Shown: positions 61,460 through 64,000 of the stretch, one piece after another
Position numbering within the stretch: the first letter of the stretch is position 1
Layout of the letters: each line of letters begins with the position of its first letter
Source of the DNA: Narcine bancroftii
Taxonomy: Eukaryota
NCBI RefSeq assembly: GCF_036971445.1
Contig: NC_091476.1
Location: forward strand, 31,372,001 to 31,436,000
Direction of reading: 5' to 3'
DNA length: 64,000 nucleotides
Position numbers and translations under genes: made by a program
Notes under the pieces: model-generated
The model's input: the letters and a program-made list of their open reading frames with translations, nothing else
The model's database searches: none
What the model was told of the DNA's origin: nothing

Positions 61460-64000
61460 GGGATGTGGTTAAGAAAAAGAGGGAGATGCATGGCAAATAT
61501 AGGCAACAAGGAGCTAATGAGGAAATTCGAGTACAAAAAAGCAAGAAAATACTCAAGGAAGAAAGGAGAAAAGCAAAAGGACATGAGGTTGCTCTAGCAG
61601 ATGATATAAAGGTTAACCTGAATGGTTTCTATAAGTATATTAAGAGTAAAAAGATAGTAAGGGACAAAATTGGTCCCCTTGAGGATCAGAGTGCTCAACT
61701 ATGTATGGGGGAGATCTTAAATGGTGTTTTTGCATCAGTATTTACTCAGGAAACTGGCAGAGTGCACAAGGAAGAGAAACAAATGATGGAACAGATGGAG
61801 ATTAGGAGGAAGAGGTACTTGGTGCCTTACAGTGAATAAATGTAGATAAATCACCTAGGCTGGATATATTCCCTCAGACCTTGAGGGAAACTAGTGTAGA
61901 AATTTCAGGGGCCCTGGCTAGTATATTCAAAATGTTCTTGGCCATTGGTGAAGTTCCAGATGAATGTTGTTTAAAAAGGGTTCCAAGAATAAACAAGGTT
62001 ACTATAGGCCAGTGAGCCTAATGACAGAGGTGGGTAAATTATTGGAGGGAGTTCTGAGAGACAGGGTATGTAGGTATTTGGATAGTCATTGGCTGATTAA
62101 GGAGGGTCAGCATGGCTTTGTGTGTGGTAAGTCGTGTTTAACAAATCTCCTAGTGCTTTTTGAAGAGGTTGCCAGGAAGGTAGATGAGGGAAGGGCTGAA
62201 GAGGTTGCCAGGAAGGTAGATGAGGTGAGGGCTGAAGAGGTTGCCAGGAAGGTAGATGAGGCGAGGGCTGAAGAGGTTGCCAGGAAGGTAGATGAGGCGA
62301 GGGCTGAAGAGGTTGCCAGGAAGGTAGATGAGGCGAGGGCTGAAGAGGTTGCCAGGAAGGTAGATGAGGCGAGGGCTGAAGAGGTTGCCAGGAAGGTAGA
62401 TGAGGCGAGGGCTGAAGAGGTTGCCAGGAAGGTAGATGAGGCGAGGGCTGAAGAGGTTGCCAGGAAGGTAGATGAGGCGAGGGCTGAAGAGGTTGCCAGG
62501 AAGGTAGATGAGGCGAGGGCTGAAGAGGTTGCCAGGAAGGTAGATGAGGCGAGGGCTGAAGAGGTTGCCAGGAAGGTAGATGAGGCGAGGGCTGAAGAGG
62601 TTGCCAGGAAGGTAGATGAGGCGAGGGCTGAAGAGGTTGCCAGGAAGGTAGATGAGGCGAGGGCTGAAGAGGTTGCCAGGAAGGTAGATGAGGCGAGGGC
62701 TGAAGAGGTTGCCAGGAAGGTAGATGAGGCGAGGGCTGAAGAGGTTGCCAGGAAGGTAGATGAGGCGAGGGCTGAAGAGGTTGCCAGGAAGGTAGATGAG
62801 GCGAGGGCTGAAGAGGTTGCCAGGAAGGTAGATGAGGCGAGGGCTGAAGAGGTTGCCAGGAAGGTAGATGAGGCGAGGGCTGAAGAGGTTGCCAGGAAGG
62901 TAGATGAGGCGAGGGCTGAAGAGGTTGTCTACATGGACTTTAGTAAAGCCTTTGACACGGTCCCAGATGGGCGGTTAATTCAGAAGTTTTAGACACTGGG
63001 TATTCAAGGAGAGGTTATAAACTGGATTTGAAATTGGCTGCGTGGTAGAAGACAGGCTAGTAGAGGATGTTGGTTTCTCCGATTGGAGGCCCATGACTAG
63101 TGGTTTGTATCAGAGATCTGTGTTAGGACCATTGTTGTTTATTATTCATATCAATGATCTGGATGATGATGTGAATTGGATCAGTAAGTTTGCTGATGAC
63201 ACAAAGAATGGACAGATGGACAGCTAGGAAGATTTTCAAAGCTTGCAGAGGGATCTGGACCAGTGAGGAGAATGGGCCAAAAAAATGGCAGATGAAGTTT
63301 AATGCAAATAATTGAGGTGATGCATTTTAGAAGGGCAAACAAAGGTAGATGTACAGTAAATGATGGGGCACAGAGAGATCTTGGAATGCAAGTATGTTAT
63401 TCCAGGAAGGTGTTGCATGTTGGCAAGGTTTTAAAGAAAGCTTTTGGTATCTTGACATTTATAAATCAAATTATTGAGAATAAGAATTGGGTTGTTATGT
63501 TGAAGATGTTTAAGACATTGTTGAGGACAAATATGGAATGTTGTGTGCAGATCTGGGCACCTAACTACAGGAAGGATATCAATAAGATTGAAAGAGTGCA
63601 GAGAAGATTTACTAAGATGTTCCCAGGACTTCAGGAGTTGAGTTTCATTAAAAGATTAAATTGGTCAGGACTTTATTCCTTGGAGCGAAGAAGAATGAGG
63701 GGAGATTTTGCAGGTTCACAAGCTTTTGAGAGGTATAGACAGAGTGGAGGTGAATAGGCTTTTTCCACTTAAATTGAGGGAGATAAATACAAGAAGTCAT
63801 TGTTTTAAGCTGAAGGGGGAAAGGTTTAGGGGGAACAATAGGGGAAAGTTCTTCACTCAGAGTGGTGAGAGTGTTGAATGAGCAATGTTTTAAGAACAAG
63901 TTGGCTAGGTACATGGACAAAAGAGTCCTGGAGGGTTATTGAATGAGAACAGGTCAGAGGGAATAGGAAGATGAAGGTTGGCACAAACTAGAAGGGCAGA
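61460..64000 (+). mobile_element. CR1 LINE RT region (pseudogenised), containing a VNTR
   Basis: [71 protein letters not shown]. Confidence 0.92.
62161..62927 (+). repeat. 36-bp minisatellite, 21 full units + 11 bp
   Basis: Unit tgaagaggttgccaggaaggtagatgaggcgagggc; only units 1 and 2 are variant. Confidence 0.97.

Noticed and set aside
62161-62927. CRISPR array (36-bp repeats)
   Set aside because: Units are head-to-tail with no spacers and derive from CR1 RT sequence; eukaryotic context.
61964-62992. 342-aa ORF as a host coiled-coil gene
   Set aside because: Both flanks are CR1 RT; the length comes only from the in-frame VNTR.

Overview
Eukaryotic, AT-rich, repeat-dense DNA with one assembly gap (16535-16696) and no recognisable host coding exon, so probably an intron or gene desert. 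The repeat set (CR1, Rex/Babar/L2-like, L1/Tx1, Penelope, RTE LINEs, tRNA-derived and Deu-domain SINEs, hAT MITEs, solo LTRs) suggests a cartilaginous fish, probably a ray or skate (inference). The main discovery is a ~1.2-kb degenerate endogenous hepadnavirus (HBV-family paleovirus) on the minus strand at ~37720-38911. Frameshifted remnants of core, terminal protein, reverse transcriptase and RNase H lie there in the correct viral order. They best resemble avihepadnavirus (duck HBV) motifs, and the TP end joins the RT start in frame with no spacer/preS. Other points: a young RTE LINE with an open 421-codon RT C-terminus, a 12-bp TSD and a templated inverted 5' junction; a 21 x 36-bp in-frame VNTR born inside a CR1 RT; hammerhead-like motifs in Penelope termini; two solo LTRs; and nested insertions. 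Protein comparisons are from recalled sequences, not database searches, and TE boundaries are approximate unless TSDs are given.
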